Source of the DNA: a virus
Taxonomy: Duplodnaviria > Heunggongvirae > Uroviricota > Caudoviricetes
Virus record (IMG/VR): IMGVR_UViG_3300034122_001045
DNA length: 51,194 nucleotides
Reading direction: 5' to 3' (one strand)
Below the pieces are notes generated by a model that saw only the letters and a list, made by a program, of their open reading frames with translations, ran no database searches and was not told the DNA's origin. A program made the position numbers and the translations under genes. Shown piece after piece: positions 32,487-40,999 of the stretch (the stretch's first letter is position 1; each line of letters opens with the position of its first letter).

Positions 32487-33117
32487 AAGTATCTTTGACG
32501 ATCACTATAGTAGGAACTCTAGCCTAGAACTATTCGATGGATGGAAAGATAATATCTGGAGTTCCAAGTATGTTCGAAAGTGTCACTTAAAGACGATTGA
32601 CAATAGAGAGTCACAAAAACTCTGGCTTATGCATGTGAATATATTTCCGCACGAGCATTTTAACTTTCCAATCCTTGGTTTCGACATCGTGGCAGGCCCA
32701 AGTAAGATCACCGGATCGTTCTTTGACTTCTCTCCAACTACGGACGAAACTCCAGAACACCCATACCTGAGTTATATGAGAGACACGGCGAAGGATCTTT
32801 CATGGTCTAAACCTCGTGATCTTCCTGACTGGGCTCAGAGTATCTTCTCAACTTCAATGATCGCGGCAGGTAATTTAAAATCTGAGGAAGAGATCGATCA
32901 ACTCTCAAAGACCTGCCTTCATCTCGTTGAATACTATGTAACGAATATGAAGAGCAATCTTTACGTCACGAATCCAATAAAGATCACTGAGAGACACAAT
33001 CAATACTGTAGGAACCAAAAGCTAAATCCGCATCTTCACAGATCAATACTCTCGATGGGTATCTCTGAAAACGATAAAAACAACTACATAGATAGTGTTT
33101 TATTCGAGGAGATCTAG
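32443..33117 (+). CDS. pcyX: Ferredoxin-dependent bilin reductase (PcyA/PcyX-like)
   Basis: RKCHL, MHVNIFP, PILGFDIVAG, DFSP, LPDWAQSIFS, YC.NQK.NPH. Confidence 0.85.
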   Translation: MEVWTPLIQLSKKIESIFDDHYSRNSSLELFDGWKDNIWSSKYVRKCHLKTIDNRESQKLWLMHVNIFPHEHFNFPILGFDIVAGPSKITGSFFDFSPTTDETPEHPYLSYMRDTAKDLSWSKPRDLPDWAQSIFSTSMIAAGNLKSEEEIDQLSKTCLHLVEYYVTNMKSNLYVTNPIKITERHNQYCRNQKLNPHLHRSILSMGISENDKNNYIDSVLFEEI

Positions 33118-33245
33118 CTTGGATGATATAAAAGTAGTTGACATTTATAGAAAAATGGGTTATACTTATATCGAAAGCCGTGACGATGGAGACGGCTTTT
33201 TAGATGTTTCGAGAATTGGGTTTTTAGTAAAGTAAGGGATTGCAT

Positions 33246-33455
33246 ATGGATAGTAAATTAGTCGAATTAATCATTCGCGAAAATCACGGGATCATGTATT
33301 CCGCAAAGATCTATGAAGACTCTGACAACCATCGAGTTGATTACTACAAGAACGATCAGTTGATCGAAACTCGTATCTTCGAGGAAAAGCAAGTAGAAAG
33401 AACTCGAGCAGCTGTTTCCAGCTGGTTAGATAATATAAAGGTATTGAAAAGTTAA
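33246..33455 (+). CDS. Hypothetical protein
   Basis: ORF immediately upstream of gp33. Confidence 0.6.
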   Translation: MDSKLVELIIRENHGIMYSAKIYEDSDNHRVDYYKNDQLIETRIFEEKQVERTRAAVSSWLDNIKVLKS

Positions 33456-33689
33456 ATGATTGTCACAAGAACAGCAGAAAAGATACATATGGAAATCGCC
33501 TCCAAGCTTTCGAACGGCGCTACATATATCGATGCGCTAGTAGAATACGCGAAAGAAAATGACCTTGAGATTGAAACAGTCGCAGAGATCGTTAAGAAAT
33601 CTTCGATACTCAAGGAAAAAATTCGTGAAGAAGCGGTTGCTGTAAGAATGGTGAAGAAGGAAGAGAATGGTCTCGTTAAATTATGCTAA
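33456..33689 (+). CDS. gp33: Late transcription co-activator
   Basis: YIDALVEYA..LEIETVAEIVKKS..LKEKIREEA; synteny with gp59 and gp32. Confidence 0.85.
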   Translation: MIVTRTAEKIHMEIASKLSNGATYIDALVEYAKENDLEIETVAEIVKKSSILKEKIREEAVAVRMVKKEENGLVKLC

Positions 33690-34272
33690 TGAGGAGTCGT
33701 TTCGTGTCTATGTCAACTACTTGGCATTGAAGAAACACTTTGAAAGCGATAGCTACGATTATCATAAGTATAATGGTAAAGTGCGCGCGTCCTTTGATAA
33801 ATTTCAGACACGAAACGACGCGTTTTTCTTTTACAAACTGTCAAAGAGAAACGATCCTACTAAGATTCTACTCGCGAACATTATCCATAATCAAAAGGTA
33901 TGGATCCGCGATATCGTAGATGAAACAGGTGAGAACATATTCGTCGAATGGGAAAAGAGAGTAGAGTCTCTTACGTATATGTTCAAGAACGACATCAAGA
34001 AACTTAAAGAGAACTATCACGACAACTTCGTAGTGAAAGATGGTCAGCATCCATACGTTATGACTCTATACCTACGTAAAGAAATATCGCTCGAGACGTT
34101 TTCTATTTTAGCCCGCATATCAAACGTTTATGACCTATGGGAAAAAGAAATAGTTGACAAATTCATCGCGCGCGATATAATAAGGTTATCCAAGAAATAT
34201 TATCCATTCATGGAAGTGGATCAAAAAAAATTTTCGAAGATTGTGAAAGAACAGTTTTTCGAAGATAAATAG
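33667..34272 (+). CDS. gp59: Helicase loader
   Basis: YLALKKHF..YDYHKYNGKV, RNDAFFFYKL, ISLETF. Confidence 0.9.
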   Translation: MVSLNYANEESFRVYVNYLALKKHFESDSYDYHKYNGKVRASFDKFQTRNDAFFFYKLSKRNDPTKILLANIIHNQKVWIRDIVDETGENIFVEWEKRVESLTYMFKNDIKKLKENYHDNFVVKDGQHPYVMTLYLRKEISLETFSILARISNVYDLWEKEIVDKFIARDIIRLSKKYYPFMEVDQKKFSKIVKEQFFEDK

Positions 34273-34341
34273 TATTGTGATGGTTGATCCGTCATAAAAT
34301 TGCAATACATTGTCATACATCGCATACAAGGAGATACACCG

Positions 34342-35265
34342 ATGGTAGATTTTGCTACACTCAAAAATAATCGTTCAAAGTCACTCGACAAATTGAACTC
34401 TCAGCTCTCGCAGATTGCACAGAAGAGCTACACCGATCCCAACGAAGGCAAGTTTTGGAAACCATCGCGAGATAAAGCTGGAAACGGCTTTGCGATCATT
34501 CGCTTTCTTCCTGCACCAAACGGAGAAGATATGCCATTCGTTCGTTTGTGGGATCATGGTTTCCAAGGTCCGACTGGTCTTTGGTATATCGAAAATTCCT
34601 TAACCACAATCAACAAAGACGACCCAGTCTCAGAATTGAATTCTAAGCTGTGGAATTCCGGTGTTGAAGCAGACAAAGAACAGGCTCGCAAACAGAAGCG
34701 TCGTCTTCACTACATCGCTAACGTGTACGTGATTAAGGATAGCGCCAATCCCGACAATGATGGAAAGGTTTTCCTTTTCAAGTTCGGCAAAAAGATCTTC
34801 GACAAGTTGAACGACTTGATGAACCCGCAATTCGAAGATGAAAAGCCGGTTAACCCGTTCGATCTTTGGGAAGGTGCAAACTTCCGTCTTAAGATCCGTC
34901 AGTTCGAAGGTTACGCGAACTATGATAAGTCTGAATTCGACTCGTCTGAGCCTCTGTTCGAAGATGACTCTAAGTTGGAAAACGTTTGGAAATCAGAACA
35001 TTCTCTGCAAGAAATCGTCGATCCTAAACACTTCAAACCTTACGCAGAGTTGAAGGCAAAGCTTTATCGTGTACTGAACCTTACTGGTGACCAGGTTGAC
35101 GGTAATCGCAAAGCTGAAGACGAAGTTGATGAAGATCTTGACATGAGTCGTTTCTCAAAGAGCGAATCTCAGCAAGAAATGAAACAGTCTCAGTCGTCAA
35201 TGGATAGCGTTGACGATGACGATGATGAAGATCTCGCCAAGTTCAGAAGCCTTATTAAGTCATAA
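34342..35265 (+). CDS. gp32: Single-stranded DNA-binding protein
   Basis: FWKP..DKAGNG.AIIRFLP, HGFQGP.G.WYIEN, FDLWEGANF.LKI, acidic tail. Confidence 0.95.
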   Translation: MVDFATLKNNRSKSLDKLNSQLSQIAQKSYTDPNEGKFWKPSRDKAGNGFAIIRFLPAPNGEDMPFVRLWDHGFQGPTGLWYIENSLTTINKDDPVSELNSKLWNSGVEADKEQARKQKRRLHYIANVYVIKDSANPDNDGKVFLFKFGKKIFDKLNDLMNPQFEDEKPVNPFDLWEGANFRLKIRQFEGYANYDKSEFDSSEPLFEDDSKLENVWKSEHSLQEIVDPKHFKPYAELKAKLYRVLNLTGDQVDGNRKAEDEVDEDLDMSRFSKSESQQEMKQSQSSMDSVDDDDDEDLAKFRSLIKS

Positions 35266-35266
35266 T

Positions 35267-35290
35267 AGAGAGGAGCTTCGGCTCCTCTTC
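35267..35290 (+). terminator. Terminator hairpin with UUCG loop
   Basis: GAGGAGC-TTCG-GCTCCTC. Confidence 0.8.
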
Positions 35291-35310
35291 CACTTAAAGA
35301 GGTGATTCAC

Positions 35311-35598
35311 ATGACAAAGAATAAAGAAATCATAGACTTTGATTTTGGATTTAGTTTCATAGACGACGAAATCGAAGAAGTAAAAGAGACTGCGATTAAA
35401 CTTGAGTCTGCTCACGCAAACGACCAAGCTGCAATCGAGGATCTTCAAGAAAGATTGAACAGACTATACAATTCGATAGTTCCGTTCTTAGATAATCTCT
35501 GCAGAAATCCAGAGAAATCAACAATTTATTGGCCGGATCGTGTAAAGAAGATTGAGGCCTATAAAGATAAGCTACTCTCAATTATAGAAGGAAGATAG
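35311..35598 (+). CDS. Conserved hypothetical protein
   Basis: GAGG RBS; DFDFGFSF..PFLDNLC.NP....IYWP.R. Confidence 0.7.
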   Translation: MTKNKEIIDFDFGFSFIDDEIEEVKETAIKLESAHANDQAAIEDLQERLNRLYNSIVPFLDNLCRNPEKSTIYWPDRVKKIEAYKDKLLSIIEGR

Positions 35599-35599
35599 T

Positions 35600-36685
35600 A
35601 TGAGTCTGTTGGATAAACTCGTAAAGAATAGTACCATTAAGTTGACTGCTCCGATCATGGAGTCGAAAGTCTATGGTAAGAAAGACATGGCTCCGACTCC
35701 AGTTCCTATGGTTAACGTAGCTCTGTCTGGTCGTATCGATGGTGGTGTAGCACCTGGTCTGCTCGTCCTTGCAGGTCCATCAAAACACTTTAAGTCTGCG
35801 TTCGCACTTCTGATGGCTGCAGCTTATCTTGAGAGAAATAAGGACGCAATCCTGTTGTTCTATGACTCGGAATTTGGTACTCCACAATCGTATTTTGAAT
35901 CCTTTGGTATTGATATGGGTAGGACTGTTCATACTCCTATCACGAACGTGGAAGAACTTAAATTCGATATCTCTCAGCAGCTCGATAAGATCGAAAAGAA
36001 AGATAACGTCATTATCATTATCGACTCTGTCGGAAACCTTGCATCGAAGAAAGAAGTCGAAGACGCCCTTGACGGTAAGTCCGTTGCTGATATGTCTCGT
36101 GCAAAGGCTCTTAAGTCGTTGTTCCGTATCGTGACTCCACATCTCAATCTGAAGGATATTCCTTTGATTGCGGTTAACCATACGTATAAAGAAATCGGTC
36201 TCTTTCCTAAGGACATCGTTTCTGGTGGTACTGGTATCTACTATTCGGCAGATGCTATTTGGATCATTGGTCGTCAACAGGATAAGGTTGGTACTGAGAT
36301 CCAGGGTTATCACTTTGTTATCAACATTGAGAAATCTCGCCACGTCAAAGAAAAGTCTAAGATTCCGATTAGCGTAAGCTGGGAGGGTGGCATCGCAAAG
36401 TGGTCCGGTCTTCTTGAGGTTGCCGAAAAAGGTGGTTTCATTCGCAAGCCTAAGGTCGGTTGGCACGAGGCTGTGAACCCAGACACTGGAGAAATTATCA
36501 GCGAAAAGCTTCTTCGAGCAAAAGAAATTGTTGACAGTAAAGAATTTTGGAATAAAATGTTTACAGAGACAAACTTTGGAGAGTACATTAAGAACGCTTA
36601 CACCGTAGGCGGAAGTATTATTCTAAGGGATGACGATAGTGAAGTTACATACGTTGATGACGACTCAGAAGAAGGTGATGAATGA
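35600..36685 (+). CDS. uvsX: RecA-like recombinase
   Basis: AGPSKHFKS, FYDSEFG, IDSVGNL, AVNHTY, SGGTGIYYSAD. Confidence 0.95.
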   Translation: MSLLDKLVKNSTIKLTAPIMESKVYGKKDMAPTPVPMVNVALSGRIDGGVAPGLLVLAGPSKHFKSAFALLMAAAYLERNKDAILLFYDSEFGTPQSYFESFGIDMGRTVHTPITNVEELKFDISQQLDKIEKKDNVIIIIDSVGNLASKKEVEDALDGKSVADMSRAKALKSLFRIVTPHLNLKDIPLIAVNHTYKEIGLFPKDIVSGGTGIYYSADAIWIIGRQQDKVGTEIQGYHFVINIEKSRHVKEKSKIPISVSWEGGIAKWSGLLEVAEKGGFIRKPKVGWHEAVNPDTGEIISEKLLRAKEIVDSKEFWNKMFTETNFGEYIKNAYTVGGSIILRDDDSEVTYVDDDSEEGDE

Positions 36686-38139
36686 TCGAAAAGGCAATCC
36701 TGTCGAATTTGATCTATAACGAAGACTATTGCCGTAAAGTGTTTCCTTATATTAAAGAGGAATACTTCGACGACAATAGTCTTCGTAAGATCTTTTCAAC
36801 TTATACCGATTATATGAATGAATACAAAGAGCCGCCATCTATTGAGGCTCTTAAGATCTCTATCGATAAACGTAAGGATCTTAACGAGTCTTCATATAAA
36901 GAAGTGGTGACTCTTATTGACGAATTGAAAGTTGATAAGGATACGAACGAACACTTTCTTATCAATGAAACGGAAAAGTTCTGTCAGGATAAGGATCTCT
37001 ATAACTCAATTCGTAGAGCAATCCTTATTCTTGACGGGCAGGATAAAGAACTTGACAAGGGAGCAATTCCAAAGATACTTTCGGACTCCCTTGGCATCGG
37101 CTTTGACTCTCATATCGGTCATGACTTCCTTGAAGATGTTGAGTCTCGACACAGCTACTATCATCGTAAAGATGAACGCATCGCGTTTGATATTGAACTT
37201 CTGAATAAAGTAACAAAGGGCGGTCTTCCTCGTAAGTCTATGACTGTCCTGCTTGCGACTACCGGTGGTGGTAAGTCTCTCGTTAAGTGTCACATGGCTG
37301 CTTCGAGTCTTATGTTCGGAAAGAACGTTCTGTATATTACAATGGAACTTGCCGAAGAAGAAGTTGCGAGAAGGATCGACGCAAACATCATGGACATAAC
37401 TCTTGATGAAGTTCGAGAGCTTCCTCTCGATGTTTTTGAAAAGAAGATGGCTATCTTTAAACGCAAGACTCCAGGTAAACTTATCATTAAGGAATATCCG
37501 ACTGGGTCTGCTCACTCCGGTCATTTCCGTCACCTACTGAATGAGTTGCGCCTGAAGAAGAACTTTACACCAGATATTATCTTCTTGGACTATCTGAATA
37601 TCTGTTCGTCTTCAAGAGTAAAGGGAGCTGCGCAAGCAAACTCCTATACTCTCGTAAAATCTATCGCAGAAGAAGTTCGTGGTCTTGCGATGGAGTTTAA
37701 TTTAGCTATCGTAACTTCTTCGCAGTTCAATCGCGGAGCGTATGATAGTTCTGACGTTGAACTATCGAATACTTCAGAGTCCATGGGTATTACTCATACT
37801 GCAGATGCAATCTTCGGCCTAGTTACATCCGAAGAATTGTCAGACCGTCGCCAGATCATATTCAAACAGCTTAAAAACCGTTGGGGTGATCTTGGTCAGT
37901 ATCGAAGATTTATCGTTGGGATCGACCGTGCAAAGATGAAACTGTTCGATGCTGAAGAGTCTGCTCAGAAAACTCTGTTTAAAGAACCGCAGGATGACCG
38001 AACGAATAAACGTGGTGAGACTAAATTTACGAGTGATGATGAAGACTCCTCTGTCTTTGATAAGGGTGCTTTCAATCAGCAGTGGGATATTAAACCTAAG
38101 GGCAAAAAGTCGTTATTTGAAGTAGGAGATCTGAAATGA
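36682..38139 (+). CDS. gp41: Replicative DnaB-like helicase
   Basis: ATTGGGKS Walker A, ITMEL, IIKEYPT, FLDYLNI, SQFNR, QLKNR. Confidence 0.95.
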   Translation: MIEKAILSNLIYNEDYCRKVFPYIKEEYFDDNSLRKIFSTYTDYMNEYKEPPSIEALKISIDKRKDLNESSYKEVVTLIDELKVDKDTNEHFLINETEKFCQDKDLYNSIRRAILILDGQDKELDKGAIPKILSDSLGIGFDSHIGHDFLEDVESRHSYYHRKDERIAFDIELLNKVTKGGLPRKSMTVLLATTGGGKSLVKCHMAASSLMFGKNVLYITMELAEEEVARRIDANIMDITLDEVRELPLDVFEKKMAIFKRKTPGKLIIKEYPTGSAHSGHFRHLLNELRLKKNFTPDIIFLDYLNICSSSRVKGAAQANSYTLVKSIAEEVRGLAMEFNLAIVTSSQFNRGAYDSSDVELSNTSESMGITHTADAIFGLVTSEELSDRRQIIFKQLKNRWGDLGQYRRFIVGIDRAKMKLFDAEESAQKTLFKEPQDDRTNKRGETKFTSDDEDSSVFDKGAFNQQWDIKPKGKKSLFEVGDLK

Positions 38140-38330
38140 GCTATAGCGTAAAGAAACAAGAAGACGGTTACGATATTCTTGAAAAAGATACCGGTACATT
38201 GATTCATCTTAGCTGCGACGAAACCAAAGCAAGGGATATCTGTCGAAAAATGAACCTTGGGTCTGGGTTCAATGGATGGACTCCGACGTTCTTTACTACG
38301 AAAGTAAATGCAGTATATGAAGAGGCGTAA
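38136..38330 (+). CDS. Hypothetical protein
   Basis: ATGA overlap; LNLGSGFNGWTP-type motif. Confidence 0.7.
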   Translation: MSYSVKKQEDGYDILEKDTGTLIHLSCDETKARDICRKMNLGSGFNGWTPTFFTTKVNAVYEEA

Positions 38331-38346
38331 AGCCTCTTCTTTCTTT
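38319..38346 (+). terminator. Rho-independent terminator
   Basis: GAAGAGGC-gtaaa-GCCTCTTC-TTTCTTTT. Confidence 0.85.
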
Positions 38347-38354
38347 TATAAATA
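38347..38354 (+). promoter_or_regulatory. T4-type late promoter
   Basis: TATAAATA heading the 38377 operon. Confidence 0.75.
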
Positions 38355-38376
38355 AAAGAAAACTCAGAGGTTTTCT

Positions 38377-39162
38377 ATGCAATCTTTTAGAAGGTATATT
38401 ATTGAAGTGGCTCAACAAGGTTTTCAATACGAAAGAAATGCTGTTGAAGCGTTAAAACCATTTGACATCGTACCAAAAAGTTTTGTTCCTGCTGGCGCTG
38501 GATCTGATATACCAGATCTTATGATTAAAAGACCTGGGCCTGGCCAGACAGCAACCGGGTGTGAACTTAAGATCACTGCGGCATCTGCAGGTTCGTTAGT
38601 CATGAAATGGAACGATGGCAATTGGTCGATAGGTAGTGAGAATGAAACCAATGACGAAAAACTATTTGTCATAGAACTCGCTAAACAAGTTGGGATACTT
38701 GACACAATCAAATCTTCTTGGAAGCAAGAACCATATAAGTTTACGAAGAATAGAAACGTTTTGTCTGAGATAGAAGGACTAAACAAAAGAGAAATATATT
38801 CAAAAGAGCTTTCTCGTTTTTCAGAAATTAAAGGTGTTATACCTGCAACAAAGATAGAAGAATACTACAATAAGAAAAAGACTTATTATGTAAATGTTGG
38901 TACTGATGGGTTCTTTTTATTAGGAAATAACAATCCGCTTGGATTAAAGGGTGTTCCTTCATTTGGTAATGCCGCAAACGCTGGTTATAGGGCAAGAGTG
39001 CAGGCAAAAGGTGGCGGAACATATCAATTTACATTTGAAATGAGTTTTTCAATACCAAGAGCACGAAGATCTCCGTTTAACATTGCACCTACGATGGGAA
39101 AAACAGTTAACATAGATTTCGATGTGATGGAAAAAACATTAAAAGATCTTTTTGGAGTTTAA
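38377..39162 (+). CDS. Putative PD-(D/E)xK nuclease-fold protein with capsid-targeting-like N-terminus
   Basis: GF.YE..., PDLMI...CELKI; N-terminus MQSFRRYIIE. Confidence 0.55.
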   Translation: MQSFRRYIIEVAQQGFQYERNAVEALKPFDIVPKSFVPAGAGSDIPDLMIKRPGPGQTATGCELKITAASAGSLVMKWNDGNWSIGSENETNDEKLFVIELAKQVGILDTIKSSWKQEPYKFTKNRNVLSEIEGLNKREIYSKELSRFSEIKGVIPATKIEEYYNKKKTYYVNVGTDGFFLLGNNNPLGLKGVPSFGNAANAGYRARVQAKGGGTYQFTFEMSFSIPRARRSPFNIAPTMGKTVNIDFDVMEKTLKDLFGV

Positions 39163-39770
39163 TGATGCTTTCATTTAAATCTTTCATAACCGAACAGACT
39201 CGCGGTAAAGGTCTAACGATCTTTGATATCGATGAGACTCTCTTTCGCACTTCTGCTAAGATACGAGTGATGAAGGACGGCAAGTTAGTTCGTTCACTCG
39301 ATAATCAAGAATTTAATACTTATAAATTGAAAGATGGCGAGTCCTATAACTTCGGGGAGTTTGAGTCCGCAGAAGTCTTTCAGAAGACTTCAGTCCCCAT
39401 CATGAAGATGATCGAAAAAGCAAAGGCGATCATTAAGAACGCCACGGCTGCAGGGTCTAGAGTCATTATCGTGACTGCTCGATCCGATTTCGACGATAAG
39501 AAAAAGTTCCTTGACACATTCCGTCGTTATGGTATAGATATTGATAACGTATATGTTGAGAGAGCTGGAAATCTAAAACTTGGATCATCTGCAAAGAACA
39601 AGAGGTTCGTCTTCCATAAGTATCTTCGTGGCGGTAAGTACGAGAGAGTTCGTTTCTTTGACGATGCCATGTCGAACATTACAATGTTTAAGGCTCTCGC
39701 AAAACAGTATCCAGGTATTTCCTTCGAGGCATATCACGTAAAGCACGACGGATCAATAAGGAAAGTATGA
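39162..39770 (+). CDS. HAD phosphatase (Pnkp phosphatase-like) with capsid-targeting-like N-terminus
   Basis: FDIDET, VTARS, FFDD; N-terminus MLSFKSFITE. Confidence 0.75.
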   Translation: MMLSFKSFITEQTRGKGLTIFDIDETLFRTSAKIRVMKDGKLVRSLDNQEFNTYKLKDGESYNFGEFESAEVFQKTSVPIMKMIEKAKAIIKNATAAGSRVIIVTARSDFDDKKKFLDTFRRYGIDIDNVYVERAGNLKLGSSAKNKRFVFHKYLRGGKYERVRFFDDAMSNITMFKALAKQYPGISFEAYHVKHDGSIRKV

Positions 39771-40999
39771 TGATAACTTTTAGAGAATACCTCGCCGAGG
39801 AAAAGAATCTCCATATGGAGCACCTTGAAGATGCCATTCTAAACCTCGGTGTTGATGGAACTCGTTCGTCAATCAACTTCCTCCGCTCGCTTCGAGACAT
39901 GCTTGCTGGAAGATCTAAAGCTCCTATCAACGTAACCGTTAAGTGGGATGGCGCACCTGCCGTATTCGCTGGAATAGACCCTTCTGACCGTAAGTTCTTC
40001 GTCGCTAAGAAGGGTATCTTCAACAAGAATCCAAAGGTCTATAAAACAGACGAAGACATTGATGCCGATACCTCAGGCGATTTGAATACAAAATTGAAAC
40101 TTGCTCTTGCTGAGCTTCCAAAGCTTGGCATCAAGGGTGTGATACAAGGTGACTTTCTATATGCGAGAGAAGATATCAAAGAAGTTAACATTAATGATGA
40201 ACCGCATATTACTTTTCATCCTAATACGATTGTTTACGCGGTACCTGAAAACAGCAAGCTTGCTAAGGAAATCCTCAGATCTAAGATCGGAGTGGTATGG
40301 CACACTCGATACAGAGGAGACTCTTTTGAAACAATGTCAGCGAGTTTTGGAGAAGAGATCGCAAGCGGCCTTAAGAAAGTAAATTCTGTCTGGTCCGTCG
40401 ACGCCGTCTATAAAGACGTGTCCGGAACAGCTAACTTTACTTCAAACGAGACCGAAGCCGTCACTGAGATACTATCCAAGGCAGGAAAGCTCTTCAACTC
40501 GATTAAGAGGGAGACACTTAACGGCATCTCTGAGAACGAAGAGAGACTTATGAGAGTAAAGACCTTCGTAAACTCCAAGATCCGTCAGGGAGAAAGAGTT
40601 CGCAACTCTGCGGTGTTCGTCAACGACCTAATCGTATATCTGAACCGATACTACGACGGCGAGATTGAAAAGAAAAAGACAGACGCTGGCAAGAAGGCTG
40701 TGATGGCTAAAAAAGACGAAGTAATGTCTTACTTTGACAAGACTCAGAGATCTCAGATCGTAGCGATGTTTGATCTATACAATCATATCATAGACGCAAA
40801 ACTATTAATCATACGAAAGCTCGATAGAGCAAAGAGAATTGGTACCTTCCTCAAGACAGCTGACGGGTATAAGGTAACCGAGCAGGAAGGTTTTGTCGCA
40901 ATCGACCACATGGGTAAGAACGCAGTTAAACTTGTAGACCGACTCGAATTTAGTAAAGCAAACTTCTCCGCGGAATACATAAAGGGATGGCAACGATAA
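39767..40999 (+). CDS. ATP-dependent ligase-superfamily nucleotidyltransferase-like protein with capsid-targeting-like N-terminus
   Basis: KWDG (motif I), IQGDFL (III), EGFV (IV), AVKLV (V); N-terminus MITFREYLAE. Confidence 0.65.
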   Translation: MMITFREYLAEEKNLHMEHLEDAILNLGVDGTRSSINFLRSLRDMLAGRSKAPINVTVKWDGAPAVFAGIDPSDRKFFVAKKGIFNKNPKVYKTDEDIDADTSGDLNTKLKLALAELPKLGIKGVIQGDFLYAREDIKEVNINDEPHITFHPNTIVYAVPENSKLAKEILRSKIGVVWHTRYRGDSFETMSASFGEEIASGLKKVNSVWSVDAVYKDVSGTANFTSNETEAVTEILSKAGKLFNSIKRETLNGISENEERLMRVKTFVNSKIRQGERVRNSAVFVNDLIVYLNRYYDGEIEKKKTDAGKKAVMAKKDEVMSYFDKTQRSQIVAMFDLYNHIIDAKLLIIRKLDRAKRIGTFLKTADGYKVTEQEGFVAIDHMGKNAVKLVDRLEFSKANFSAEYIKGWQR

